Below are positions 30,986 to 41,900 of a DNA stretch of 64,000 nt, piece by piece; the first letter of the stretch is position 1, and the number at the start of each line of letters is the position of its first letter. The stretch is taken from assembly GCA_963769885.1 (NCBI GenBank), contig CAVYNH010000006.1, positions 448,001 to 512,000 on the forward strand. Direction: 5' to 3'. The notes under the pieces were generated by a model, which saw only the letters and a program-made list of their open reading frames with translations, was not told the origin of the DNA and searched no databases. The stretch comes from Methanobacteriota archaeon. Lineage in GTDB: Archaea > Thermoplasmatota > E2 > DHVEG-1. A program made the position numbers and the translations under genes.

Positions 30986-33022
30986 ATGAAGAAGGCATTT
31001 GCATATGTTATTGTGTCGATGTTGCTCCTCGGCGGACTGGGGACTGGCGTGCTGTCTATTGCGCCTCTTAGTGGAAAGAAAAACGACGATATCACTTCGA
31101 AGTCGTATCCCGATATCTCAGCGTATCGCTATGCAATCGCGATGCGGGGGGATCAAGGGATCATCGAGGGCTTCACCCTCGGCTCGAACCAACAGAGCCT
31201 GCCAGTCAAGAGTTATCCAATCGGGACTCTTATCTGGCAGTATACGATTACTGGCGGGTCTGATAACAGCCCGAAATCGATTGTCTCTCATCCAGACATC
31301 AACGGGGATCAGATCGATGACGTCATCATTGGCTCTGAGGATTACTACATCCGGTGTTTCAGCGGGGGCGCCATCGGGACCGGCCAGGTCCTCTGGGGTG
31401 TGACGATTACTTCTGGATCGGTTTACAACCAGGGTGACATCGCCATCATACCGGATGTGAATGGCGACGGGGTTGACGATGTTGTTGTCGGCGCTACTGG
31501 GGGCGCGCGGCTCATCCGGTGCCTTTCCGGCTCGAATGGGTTGACGATTTGGACCCATGACACCCATGAGTATGGTAGTGGCGGATGGGTTTATCAGGTG
31601 GACTGCACCTACGATTATAACGGTGACGGTGTTCGCGACGTGCTTGCATGCACTGGTGCTGATCCAAATCGTGTGTACTGTCTCAATGGTCTGACTGGGG
31701 TCTCGATCTGGGAGTATCCCCTGGGTGGACCCGGGTTTTCGGTCATAGGTGTCAGGGATTTCACTGGTGACGGCATCCCGGATGTTGTCGCCGGCTGCTC
31801 GAATGCTGCAGAGACGATCGGCTATGCCAAGGGGATCAATGGGGCAACGGGCGCCTTGGCCTGGTCCTTTACGACATCCTCCTCCGCCGGGTGGTCGGTG
31901 GGTCAGATGAGCGATGTCACGGGCGATGGCATCGATGACGTGGTCGTCGGGGACTTCTCGGGACACGTCTATGGATTGAACGCGGCGACGGGTGCTCAGA
32001 TTTGGGTCTGTAACGTGGGAAGCGGTGCGATCGTCACCCATGTCGTGCGGCTTAACGATGTGAACCTGAACGGCTATGATGATATCCTCGTCGGCCATAG
32101 TGGACAAATGACTGTGCAGTTGCTTGATGGGCTTGACGGCTCGCTGATCTGGGGGCATTCAACCGCGGATCAACCCTGGAATGTAGCTCGTCTCGCGGAC
32201 ATCAGCGGCGACGGGGTCGATGACGTCGTGGTAGGGACACTGTACACGAACAACTACGCCTATTTCCTCAGCGGCGTCGATGGGTCGGAGTTGACGGCGC
32301 CGATTTCGTACGGTCAGGCTCTTGATGCCATCGCTGCCATCCCGGATGTCGTCAATGACGGCTCCATGGAGATGATGGCTGGAGGGCGGGACGGCAAGGT
32401 CACCTGTTACTCCGGCGGGCTCAATGCCTCCCAAGGCCCGATGCACCTGACCGCGGATTTCATCGCAGACCCTAGGTCAGGGGAGACCCCGCTCCAGGTG
32501 CAGTTCAACGATACGTCGGTGGCAGAGAACACGACGATCACTTCCTGGAAGTGGGATTTCAACCATGATGGGATCATCGATTCCACAGTGCAGAACCCCT
32601 TATGGATATATACGGAGCCTGGGAACTATACGGTGTCTTTGACGGTCTCCAACGGGCATCTCACCGATACCATGACCAAGGAGGACTACATCACGGTTCT
32701 CCAGGGGAAAAACCCTATCGTGATTGGTAACGTCACGGGTGGTCTGATGAAGATACAGGCAGAGATCCACAACAACGGGACCCTTAATTTGAGTCAAGTC
32801 CAGTGGAGCTTCACGGTCAGTGGGGGCTTTGTCCTGCTTGGGAAGACGAAGGAAGACATGATCTTCATGCTGGCAGGCGGGCAGACTGAGGTAATCGTTG
32901 ATAGACCAGTGCTCGGCCTGGGAAAGGTCACTATCGAAGTCACTGCGAAAGCGCCAGACTACGAGAAAGCCACGAAGACCGTGGAGGGGGTCCTCCTTTT
33001 CTTCTTCGTCATCATCCGGTAG
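30986..33022 (+). CDS. Secreted FG-GAP/beta-propeller repeat + PKD protein with shared C-terminal domain
   Basis: Signal peptide; repeated DxNGDGxxDVxxG Ca-binding loops; PKD motif WKWDF..DG; C-terminal ~100-aa domain ending LLFFFVIIR. Confidence 0.85.
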   Translation: MKKAFAYVIVSMLLLGGLGTGVLSIAPLSGKKNDDITSKSYPDISAYRYAIAMRGDQGIIEGFTLGSNQQSLPVKSYPIGTLIWQYTITGGSDNSPKSIVSHPDINGDQIDDVIIGSEDYYIRCFSGGAIGTGQVLWGVTITSGSVYNQGDIAIIPDVNGDGVDDVVVGATGGARLIRCLSGSNGLTIWTHDTHEYGSGGWVYQVDCTYDYNGDGVRDVLACTGADPNRVYCLNGLTGVSIWEYPLGGPGFSVIGVRDFTGDGIPDVVAGCSNAAETIGYAKGINGATGALAWSFTTSSSAGWSVGQMSDVTGDGIDDVVVGDFSGHVYGLNAATGAQIWVCNVGSGAIVTHVVRLNDVNLNGYDDILVGHSGQMTVQLLDGLDGSLIWGHSTADQPWNVARLADISGDGVDDVVVGTLYTNNYAYFLSGVDGSELTAPISYGQALDAIAAIPDVVNDGSMEMMAGGRDGKVTCYSGGLNASQGPMHLTADFIADPRSGETPLQVQFNDTSVAENTTITSWKWDFNHDGIIDSTVQNPLWIYTEPGNYTVSLTVSNGHLTDTMTKEDYITVLQGKNPIVIGNVTGGLMKIQAEIHNNGTLNLSQVQWSFTVSGGFVLLGKTKEDMIFMLAGGQTEVIVDRPVLGLGKVTIEVTAKAPDYEKATKTVEGVLLFFFVIIR

Positions 33023-33111
33023 CTGGTCCACGGCCACGAATAAAATCGAAGGAAACCGGCGTCCAAACACCGGGATGCCGCTGTTTCTTCCTTTTTTTTA
33101 TTATTATTTTA

Positions 33112-33936
33112 TCAGTGTTCAAGGGGTGTTATCATCGGCATTGGTCGATCCCAGGTGGTGTGAAGGAAGGCGGACTGTTGTTGGATTTGGAAGTCGTGCA
33201 GGGAGGGATTAAATTCCTCAATTTTCTGGATGAGGTAGAAGATGGTATGTGATCCTATGGTGTGTTGGGCGAGGTCGATGGGAATCCAGCCTGCGGTGGG
33301 GGTGAGGCATTCGGCCCAGGCATGGGGCTCCGGGGTCGTCCCTTCGATGAGGTAACCGGTGAGGCGTCGGCTGGGGATGCCGCGTAGCCTGGAAAGGGTG
33401 ATGAAGAGGTCAGTGTACTCGTCGCAGTCGCCGATGCCGGTGCTAAGGACGGCGTCGGCGCCCCAGCGTTTGTCCTGCGGCTCGGGGCTGTGGATGATGG
33501 CAGTAATCGCCTTTGACACATCGGAGAGCCAGTCTTGGAGGCGGTCGGTGGTGAACCACCGTTCGGCAGCGAGAGCTTTGATTTGGGGGGAATTGAGGGG
33601 CCAGTAGGGGTGGCTTTGGGTGTATTTCTTGACGAGATCATGTGGGATGTCGGAGATGCGGCCGTAGTCGCGGGGCGGCTGGGTGGGGTGTGGGGTGACG
33701 GCGATGGTGCGGTCGAAGGAGAGAGTGCCTCTGGTGGGGACTTTGCCGGTGTAGAGGAAGTAGGTGTTGAGGCCTTTAGTTTTGAGGGTGCAGTCCCTGG
33801 GTGGTTCTCGGATTGTGACGGTCTGGCGGTAGGGTGGATAGTGGTAGAATTTGATGCGCAGGCTTGGTGCTCCTCGGGCGGCCTGGTAGATAAGGCGGTC
33901 GGTGTGATGGACGAGCCAGCCGGTGGGGGTGGGCAT
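33112..33936 (-). CDS. Transglutaminase-like domain protein
   Basis: GDCDEY..LSRLRGIPSR, HAWAE, WIPID (Cys-His-Asp triad). Confidence 0.85.
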   Translation of the reverse strand: MPTPTGWLVHHTDRLIYQAARGAPSLRIKFYHYPPYRQTVTIREPPRDCTLKTKGLNTYFLYTGKVPTRGTLSFDRTIAVTPHPTQPPRDYGRISDIPHDLVKKYTQSHPYWPLNSPQIKALAAERWFTTDRLQDWLSDVSKAITAIIHSPEPQDKRWGADAVLSTGIGDCDEYTDLFITLSRLRGIPSRRLTGYLIEGTTPEPHAWAECLTPTAGWIPIDLAQHTIGSHTIFYLIQKIEEFNPSLHDFQIQQQSAFLHTTWDRPMPMITPLEH

Positions 33937-34021
33937 TGGGTGGCCTCGGTTTTTCTTGGAGGAGGAGATGGTCGTCAAGCTTAATAAAGATGAGCGGATT
34001 CCCTTCGTAATTGGGAGTGCT

Positions 34022-35323
34022 ATGGAGTCATTTTTCAACGCGTCCCTGGAGACCTTGCCCCGGAAGAAGCTGGAGGAGTTGCAACTGCAGCGGCTGCGGG
34101 AGGCGGTTCATCGAGTGTATCAGCATGTACCGTTCTATAAGGAAGAGATGAGGCGATTGAAGGTTCGTCCGGAGGATATCAAGTCGCTTGAGGATGTCCG
34201 ACGGTTGCCGTTGACGACGAAGGACAACCTGCGGAAACATGCGCCGTTCGGGCTGCTGGCTACTTCTTTGGATAATTGTATTGAGTTGCATGCATCGTCG
34301 GGGACAACCGGGGTGCCGGTGACCGCGTGTTACACGCGCCATGATCTTGATGTCTGGGGCGAGGTGATGGCGCGGTGCCTGGCGATGTCCGGGTTGACGA
34401 AGAAGGATATTTTTCAGAATCCAATCCCGTATGGGACGTTCACGGGTGCGTTTGGGTTCCATTATGGGGCGCAGCGGGTGGGTGCGCTGGTGATTCCGTC
34501 GGGGATGGGCCAGTCGGAGCGGCAGCTGAAGCTCATGGAGTACTATGGGACGACGTTCCTCTCTGGTGTGGCGTCGTACATGATTCGATTGGGGCAGGTC
34601 GCGGGGGAGATGGGCATCGATCCCAAGAAGCTCAAGGTCCGGAACGGGTTGTTTGGCGCGGAGATGTTCACGCCAGGGCTGAAGAAGCGGATCATGGAGA
34701 CCTGGGATATGGACGTCCATGACATTTACGGGTTGACGGAGATGTGCGGGCCCGGGGTCTCGACGGACTGTGACAGGCACGATGGCCTGCATCTGTGGGA
34801 GGATCATTTCCTGGTGGAATGCCTGGATCCGATCACGCTGGAGCCGGTCAGGCCGGAGGAGGAGGGCGAGCTCGTCCTGACGACGCTGACGAAGGAGGGC
34901 ATGCCGCTATTACGGTATCGGACGCGGGACATCGCGAAGCTCTATGACGCCCGGGGGTGCGACTGCGGACGGACGCATGTGCGGCATTCGATGATCAAGG
35001 GCCGCAGCGACGATATGCTGATCATCCGGGGGACGAACATTTACCCGGGTCAGGTCGAGTCCGTGCTGATGAAGCATCCGGCGGTGGGGGGGAACTGGCA
35101 GATGGTGCTGTCGACGGAGGATGACATCGATCAGTTGACGGTGGTGGTGGAGACGAAGGAGCGGCTCAGTCCGGATGAGAGTGTGCGGTTGTCGGGAGTG
35201 CTGCAGCGGGCGATCCAGGCGGTGATCGTGTTCACGCCGCGGGTGGAGGTGGTGGCGCCGAACAGCATCCCGGAAACTGGTTTAAAGGCGAAGCGTGTTC
35301 TCGATAATCGGAGGAAGGCGTAG
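34022..35323 (+). CDS. paaK: Phenylacetate--CoA ligase
   Basis: HASSGTTG, GAFGFHYGA, DIYGLTEMCGPG, LRYRTRD, GRSDDMLIIRG. Confidence 0.9.
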   Translation: MESFFNASLETLPRKKLEELQLQRLREAVHRVYQHVPFYKEEMRRLKVRPEDIKSLEDVRRLPLTTKDNLRKHAPFGLLATSLDNCIELHASSGTTGVPVTACYTRHDLDVWGEVMARCLAMSGLTKKDIFQNPIPYGTFTGAFGFHYGAQRVGALVIPSGMGQSERQLKLMEYYGTTFLSGVASYMIRLGQVAGEMGIDPKKLKVRNGLFGAEMFTPGLKKRIMETWDMDVHDIYGLTEMCGPGVSTDCDRHDGLHLWEDHFLVECLDPITLEPVRPEEEGELVLTTLTKEGMPLLRYRTRDIAKLYDARGCDCGRTHVRHSMIKGRSDDMLIIRGTNIYPGQVESVLMKHPAVGGNWQMVLSTEDDIDQLTVVVETKERLSPDESVRLSGVLQRAIQAVIVFTPRVEVVAPNSIPETGLKAKRVLDNRRKA

Positions 35324-35327
35324 GCGT

Positions 35328-35993
35328 ATGAAGGCGCGGGTGCAGGCGCTGCTGTCGTCGCCGGGTCCGCTCGCGGAGAACGAGGTCAAGGGCATCTTGA
35401 AGGTGTACGGTATTCCGACGACGACGTACCAGGTGGTTCATGCTCGGGATGAGCTGTCGCGGTTGTCGGTGCATTTCCCGGTGGCGCTGAAGGTCTGCTC
35501 GCGGAAGATCCTGCATAAGACGGATGTGGGCGGCGTGAAGCTGGGGATCCGGGATTTGGCGGGTCTTCAGGCCGCGTTCCGGGATTTCCAGAAACGGTTC
35601 CCTGGTGAGGCATTCTTGGTGGAGGAGATGGTGAACCCGGGGGTGGAGATCATCATCGGGTTAGTGCAGGACCCGTCGTTCGGCCTGTGCGTGATGTGCG
35701 GCATCGGGGGGATCTTCACGGAGTTGTACAAGGATGTGTCGTTCCGGGTGGTGCCGATTGAGCGGGCGGATGCGGAGGAGATGGTGGAGGAGATCCGAGG
35801 GAAGAAGCTGCTGGAGGGCTTCCGGCATATCCGGGCGAACAAGGAACTGGTCTTGGATCTGCTCATGAGGGTGTCGTGCCTGGGGGAGGAGCTTGGCGCA
35901 TATATTGATCAGTTTGATTTGAATCCCGTGCTGGTGTACGCGGATTCGTTGTGTGTTGTAGACGCGAAGATGGTTGTGAGGAAACCGAGTTGA
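35328..35993 (+). CDS. Acyl-CoA synthetase (ADP-forming) beta subunit, ATP-grasp
   Basis: FPVALKV, HKTDVGGV, EIIIGL..DPSFG, DLNPV, VDA. Confidence 0.88.
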   Translation: MKARVQALLSSPGPLAENEVKGILKVYGIPTTTYQVVHARDELSRLSVHFPVALKVCSRKILHKTDVGGVKLGIRDLAGLQAAFRDFQKRFPGEAFLVEEMVNPGVEIIIGLVQDPSFGLCVMCGIGGIFTELYKDVSFRVVPIERADAEEMVEEIRGKKLLEGFRHIRANKELVLDLLMRVSCLGEELGAYIDQFDLNPVLVYADSLCVVDAKMVVRKPS

Positions 35994-35999
35994 GGGAGT

Positions 36000-37415
36000 A
36001 TGAAGACGCAGTTCACGGACTATAAGGTGCGGGACATCGGGCTGGCGGAATCGGGGCGCAAGGAGATTGTGATCGCGGAGAAAGAGATGCCTGGGCTGAT
36101 GGCGGTCCGGGAGAAGTACGCGGCGAAGAAGCCGCTGCGCGGCGCCCGGATTACCGGCAGCTTGCATATGACGATCCAGACCGCGGTGCTCATCGAGACG
36201 CTGGTGGAGCTGGGGGCGCAGGTGCGCTGGGCGAGTTGCAACATCTTCTCCACGCAGGACAACGCGGCGGCGGCGATCGCCGCGGGCGGCGTCCCCGTGT
36301 TCGCATGGAAAGGCGAGACGCTCGCGGAGTACTGGTGGTGCACGCAGAAGGCGTTCGATTTCGGCGGCGGGAAAGGCCCGCAGCTGATCGTGGACGACGG
36401 CGGCGACGCGACGCTTATGATCCATAAGGGGATGGAGGTCGAGCGTGACCCGGGTCTCCTGAAAAAAGACTACAGTGGGGAGAATCAGGATTATGCGGAG
36501 CTCATGTACCGGCTCAAGGCGATTCATGCCGAGAACCCGGGGTACTGGTCGCAGATGCTCAAGGACATCAAGGGCGTCTCCGAGGAGACGACGACCGGGG
36601 TACATCGGCTGTACCAGATGTGGGAGCGCGGGGAGCTGCTGTTCCCGGCGATCAATGTGAACGATTCGGTGACGAAGTCGAAGTTCGACAACCTCTATGG
36701 CTGCCGGGAGAGCCTGGTGGACGGCATCAAGCGCGGCACCGATGTGATGCTCGCCGGCAAGGTCGTCGTGGTCTGTGGCTATGGTGACGTCGGCAAGGGC
36801 TGCTGTCAGTCCATGCGCGGCTATGGGGCGCGGGTCGTCGTCACGGAGATCGACCCGATCTGCGCGCTGCAGGCGGCGATGGAGGGCTACCAGGTCCTCA
36901 CGATCGAGGATACGCTGGGCATCGGGAATATCTACGTGACCGCGACGGGGAACAAGGATGTGATCACCCTGGAGCATATGCAGCGGATGCGGGACCAGGC
37001 GATCGTCTGCAACATCGGGCATTTCGACCATGAGATCCAGATCAGCAGGCTGGACCGGATGCCGGGGATCAAGAAGATCAACATCAAGCCGCAGGTGGAC
37101 AAGTACCGGTTCCCGGACGGCCATGAGATCTTCGTCCTTTCCGAGGGCCGGCTGGTGAACCTGGGCAACGCCCATGGGCATCCCAGCTTCGTGATGAGCA
37201 ACTCGTTCACGAACCAAGTCCTAGCCCAGATGCGGCTGTGGCAGCAGAAGCACGAGAATAAGGTCTACATTCTGCCCAAGGAGCTGGATGAGGAGGTCGC
37301 GCGGCTGCACCTTGGCAAGCTCGGCGTCCATTTGACGAAGTTAAGCGAGGAGCAGGCGAAGTACATCGGCGTGAACGTGAACGGGCCGTACAAGTCCGAG
37401 TATTACCGTTATTAG
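36000..37415 (+). CDS. ahcY: Adenosylhomocysteinase (long form with insertion)
   Basis: [51 protein letters not shown]. Confidence 0.97.
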   Translation: MKTQFTDYKVRDIGLAESGRKEIVIAEKEMPGLMAVREKYAAKKPLRGARITGSLHMTIQTAVLIETLVELGAQVRWASCNIFSTQDNAAAAIAAGGVPVFAWKGETLAEYWWCTQKAFDFGGGKGPQLIVDDGGDATLMIHKGMEVERDPGLLKKDYSGENQDYAELMYRLKAIHAENPGYWSQMLKDIKGVSEETTTGVHRLYQMWERGELLFPAINVNDSVTKSKFDNLYGCRESLVDGIKRGTDVMLAGKVVVVCGYGDVGKGCCQSMRGYGARVVVTEIDPICALQAAMEGYQVLTIEDTLGIGNIYVTATGNKDVITLEHMQRMRDQAIVCNIGHFDHEIQISRLDRMPGIKKINIKPQVDKYRFPDGHEIFVLSEGRLVNLGNAHGHPSFVMSNSFTNQVLAQMRLWQQKHENKVYILPKELDEEVARLHLGKLGVHLTKLSEEQAKYIGVNVNGPYKSEYYRY

Positions 37416-37483
37416 GGTAAAAAGAGCTCGTAAAAAACAAAGAAAAAAAGGTTGAAAAAAGGGAACGGGAAGGAGGCACGTTT

Positions 37484-37567
37484 TTAGTAGAACCGTTTCC
37501 TTCTTTCAATACGGAGCCAGTGCTCAGAGAGCTCGTCTTCTCGGTAGTCGTCAATCACATTACACAT
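37484..37567 (-). CDS. Putative 27-aa small protein MCNVIDDYREDELSEHWLRIERRKRFY
   Basis: TTTTAAATA about 24 nt upstream of the ATG; T-rich terminator just downstream. Confidence 0.45.
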   Translation of the reverse strand: MCNVIDDYREDELSEHWLRIERRKRFY

Positions 37568-37874
37568 ACGTATACTAGTAGACTGGACACTATTTAAAAT
37601 TGTCGATAGAAATATCGTCAAATGACGATAACAGAGTGAGTACACCCAACCAAAAAAACCCCGCTCCCACGGGTTTCCAATATCCCCTGTGGTCATGCAA
37701 GTTCTTAAAACTTATGCTTCAACCATTCACCGAAGCCCAAAAGATGACCCGACAAATCCGCTTCACATCCGCCGACCATCATACCCTTTATAAAACAAAA
37801 CAAGACGGGTGGCAACCTATATCAAACCCACCCCGCTATCCCCCACACACACCAGAAAAGAGGCACCCACCCCC

Positions 37875-38618
37875 ATGATCACCCTCATCGGCACCGGCCA
37901 CGTCTTCGACCTCACCACCCCGCTCCTCGCCATCCTCCAAGAGAAAAACCCAGACGTCATCGGCGTCGAAATCGACTACCAACGCTACCAAGCCCTCCTC
38001 CAACGCCAAGCCACCCCAGACCAACCCACAACCACAGACAAAAACCTCCCCTTAATCTACCGCCTCCTCGCCCGCTTCCAAGAAAACATGGCCCACCAAT
38101 ACGGCGTCCACGCCGGCGACGAGATGCTCACCGCCATCACCTACGCCCAAAGCCACCAGCTCCCCCTCGAATTCATCGACGTCAACGCCCAACACCTCTT
38201 CATCACCATGTGGCACACCATGCCCATGACCGAAAAACTCAAACTCCTCCTCTCCGGCTTCTCCGGCCTCTTCGTCAGCCGCAAACAAGTCGAAACCGAA
38301 CTGCAGAAATACGAAAACGACTTCAACGCCTACCTCACCGAAATCGGCAAACGCTTCCCCACCATAAAGAAAGTCCTCATCGACAACCGCAACCGCCACA
38401 TGGCCGACGCCCTCATCGAACTCAATACCAAATTCGAACGCGTCGTCGCCTGCGTCGGCGATGGCCACATCCCCGGCCTCACCAGTATCTTCTCAGAACG
38501 GCATATCCCCGTAGAAGCGATCCGGCTCCCGGATCTCCAAAAGATCCAGCCTCCCCCCGCCGACGGCGCCTCCGCAACCTTCACTACCACGTACTCAGAT
38601 CCCACACAAGTCGAATAG
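37875..38618 (+). CDS. TraB/PrgY (GumN-like) family protein
   Basis: ITLIGTGHV, GVEID..R, GDEM, LIDNRNRHM, VGDGHIPG. Confidence 0.88.
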   Translation: MITLIGTGHVFDLTTPLLAILQEKNPDVIGVEIDYQRYQALLQRQATPDQPTTTDKNLPLIYRLLARFQENMAHQYGVHAGDEMLTAITYAQSHQLPLEFIDVNAQHLFITMWHTMPMTEKLKLLLSGFSGLFVSRKQVETELQKYENDFNAYLTEIGKRFPTIKKVLIDNRNRHMADALIELNTKFERVVACVGDGHIPGLTSIFSERHIPVEAIRLPDLQKIQPPPADGASATFTTTYSDPTQVE

Positions 38619-38700
38619 ACCTCCTTCTTTTTCTTTCACAAGAAACCTAAACTCTGGCGAAGGCTAATTAAGTCCGCAGACGAATAACCTGAAGGTTCAC

Positions 38701-38775
38701 GGGCCTGTAGCCTAGACTGGATAGGGCGACAGCCTCCTAAGCTGTAGGCCGCGGGTTCGAATCCCGCCAGGCCCG
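38701..38775 (+). tRNA. tRNA-Arg (anticodon CCT), intronless, CCA not encoded
   Basis: Acceptor stem GGGCCTG/CAGGCCC, anticodon arm ACAGC-CTCCTAA-GCTGT, T arm GCGGG-TTCGAAT-CCCGC. Confidence 0.97.
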
Positions 38776-38901
38776 TTTCTAGACCGAGCCTTTCCCACTT
38801 CGAAATTCCACAGGCTACGTGAAGTACCCAGCACAACGAAACAAAAAAAGAGGAGAAAGCCCCTCCCACGGAAAATCCCCCATGGGAGGGCTACGTATCT
38901 A

Positions 38902-41900
38902 TTATGACGACTCAGTCTGAACTGGATGCGCGCCGTTGTACAAATGCCACATGATCGCCTTCACGATGAAGTAGCCGATGATGACAGGATGCATCCGCCA
39001 CCGCCAGACCAACATGGAATCCACGGCGCTGTTCCCCGCCTTGTCCGTCGCCACAGCCTTCAAGACATGCTTCATCGGCTTCGGCTCCGACCAAAGATAC
39101 TGATACGGTGGCGTCGTCAACACAGCCTTACTGACGTTGTCGATGAAGATCTCCACATGGTCGACGCCGGACATGTTATCCGTCGCGTTCACAATCACCG
39201 TCAGGTTGTGGAAGAACAACGGCATCGTGAACGGGCACAGCATCCGGTCGAGCAAATAGACCGCGTCGATAGGCTGGTCGATATGGACCGTCGGCGCCCA
39301 CAAGTCCATCATCGAGAAATGCGCAGTGACGGACGCGTTGCCTGAGATGGTGATGGTTACCGGGTTCGTCGTCCCTGTCGCGTTCCCGCTCCAGTGGTCA
39401 AACGTCCAGTTCGCCGCCGGCTGGGCGGTGAGCTGCACCGTCTGTCCGTAGGTGTAGGTCGCCTGCTCCGGGTTCTTGACGACAGTCCCGGATCCGACGG
39501 TCGACACCGAGAGAATGTACTGGATTTGGGTGAAATACGCCGTCACGGCCAGGTTGCCGTTCACGGTGACCTCTACGGGGTTCACGGAGCCTGTTGCATC
39601 CCCGCCCCAGTAGTTGAAGCTCCAGCCCGGGCTCGGGATAGCAGTGAGCCGGACAACCTGCCCGTAGACGTACGTCGTCTGCTCAGGGTCTTTGGTGACT
39701 GTACCGGATCCGTTGACGGACACGGCGATTGTGTACTGATTCTGGGTGAAGTGTGCGGTCACGGCCTTATTCCCATTTATCGTGATGTTCACCGGGTTCG
39801 TCGTCCCCGTGACATTTCCACTCCAATGATTGAACGTCCACCCAGCGGCTGCAACGGCCGTCAACTGGACCGATTGCCCATAGGTATAAGTGCTCTGATT
39901 CGGCAGGCGCGTAATCGTCCCATTCCCGTTCACCGAGGTGGTCAGCGTGTACTGGTTCTGCGTGAAGTGCGCGGCGGCCGCCATGTTCCCGGTGACCGTG
40001 ATCTGCACGGGGTTGGCTGTACCGGTGGCGTTCCCGCTCCAGAAGCTGAAGGTCCAGCCGGGGTTCGGGATTGCGGTGAGGTTCACCGTCTGGCCATAGA
40101 TGTAGGTCGACTGGTTGGGGGTGCGGGTGACTGTCCCGGAACCGACGCTGGACACCGTGACCGTGTACTGGTTCTGCGTGAAGTGCGCGGTGACGGCTTT
40201 GTTACCCGTCATGGTGACGTTGACTGGGTTTGTGGTTCCTGTGGCGTTCCCGGTCCACATACCGAAGGACCAGCCGAGAGTCGGCTGCGCCGTGAGGCGG
40301 ACGACCTGCCCGTAGACGTACGTGGCTTGGCTCGGGTTCTTCGTGACCGTCCCGGAGCCTGCCAGGGTAACGCTGAGGGTGTACTGGTCCTGGGTGAAGT
40401 GTGCGGTGACGGCCGCGTTCGCGGTGATCGTGACATCAACCGTGAGGGCGTTCCCGCTCGCGTTCCCGCTCCAGTGATTGAAGGTCCAGCCCGCCTGGGG
40501 TTGAGCCGTGAGATGGACGATCTGTCCGTAGGTGTAGGTCGACTGGCTGGGGTTCTTAAGGATGCTGCCGTTGCCGTTCACGCTGAGGGTGAGGGTGTAC
40601 TGGTTTTGGGTGAAGTACCCGGTGACGGCCGCGTGGCCGGCCATGGTGAAGTTCACGGGGTTTGCGGTCCCGTTTGCTGCCCCCGCCCAGTGGTTGAAGG
40701 TCCAGCCGAGGTCTGCCATGGCCGTGAGATAGACCTTTTGCCCGTAGACGTAGGTGGTCTGCTGGGGGGAGATCTGGATCGTCCCTGATCCGTTCGTCGA
40801 TACGCTAAGCGTGTACTGGTCCTGGGTGAAGTGTGCGGTGGCCGAGCTGTTGTGGGTGATGGTGATGTTGGCGGTGGGTGATGGTCCCGTGGCATCTCCG
40901 GTCCAGTGATCGAAGCTCCATCCGAGGCTCGGCTGGGCGGTGATATGGACGACTTGGCTGTAGAGGTAGCTTGGATAGTCCGGGTTCTTGATCAGGCTGC
41001 CGTTCCCGATCGCCGTCAGCGCCAGGGTGTAGTGGAGCTGGGTGAAGTGTGCAGTGGCCGTCGTGTTGTCCGTGACCGTGATGTTGATGGGGTTCGTGGT
41101 CCCGGTGGCGTCGCCGGTCCAGTAGCTGAAGCTCCAGCCGGGTTGTGGCTGGGCGGTGAGGTGGATGACCTGGCCGTAGACGTAGGTGGCTAGGGTTGGC
41201 TCGTTGTCGATGCTGCCGTTGCCGATGGTGGCAAGCGAGAGGGTGTATTGGTTCTGAGTGAAGTAGGCGGTGGCCGCCTTGTTGCCGATGATCGTCACGT
41301 TCACAGAAGTGGTCGTGCCGGTGGCGTCGCCGGTCCAGTGGTCGAAGGTCCAGCCGGGTTGGGGCTGGGCGGCCAGTTGGACGGTCTGGTTGTAGGTGTA
41401 GTTGGCTTGGCTGGGGTTCTTATTGATGCTGCCGTTGCCGTTCGTGGTGAGGGTCAGGGTGTAGTGGTTCTGGGTGAAGGAGGCGGTGGCGGTCTTGTCG
41501 CCGTTCATGGTGAGGGAGGTGGTGGTGGTGTTGCCGGTGGCGTCGCCGGTCCAGTGGTCGAAGGTCCAGCCGGGGCTGGCGGTCGCGGTGAGGTTGACGA
41601 GTTGGCCGTAGACGTAGCTGGCGAGGTTGGGGGTCTTGGTGATGCTGCCGGAGCCGTTGCAGGTGAGGGTGAGGGTGCGGGCGGGGACGGTGACTTCGAT
41701 GAGGGTGCGTTGGACGGTGGTGCTGACGCCGAGGAGGACGGCGCAGATCTGTCCGGGGGCGGGGATGAAGCTGCCGTTGCCGCGGGCGGCGTTGACCAGG
41801 GCCCAGCCTTGGGTGTTGAGGCCGAGGTTGCCGCAGTCGAGGAGGTACCAGATGGCGTCTTGGACTTGTTGGTAGCTGGTGCCGACCCTATGGTTGAGGA

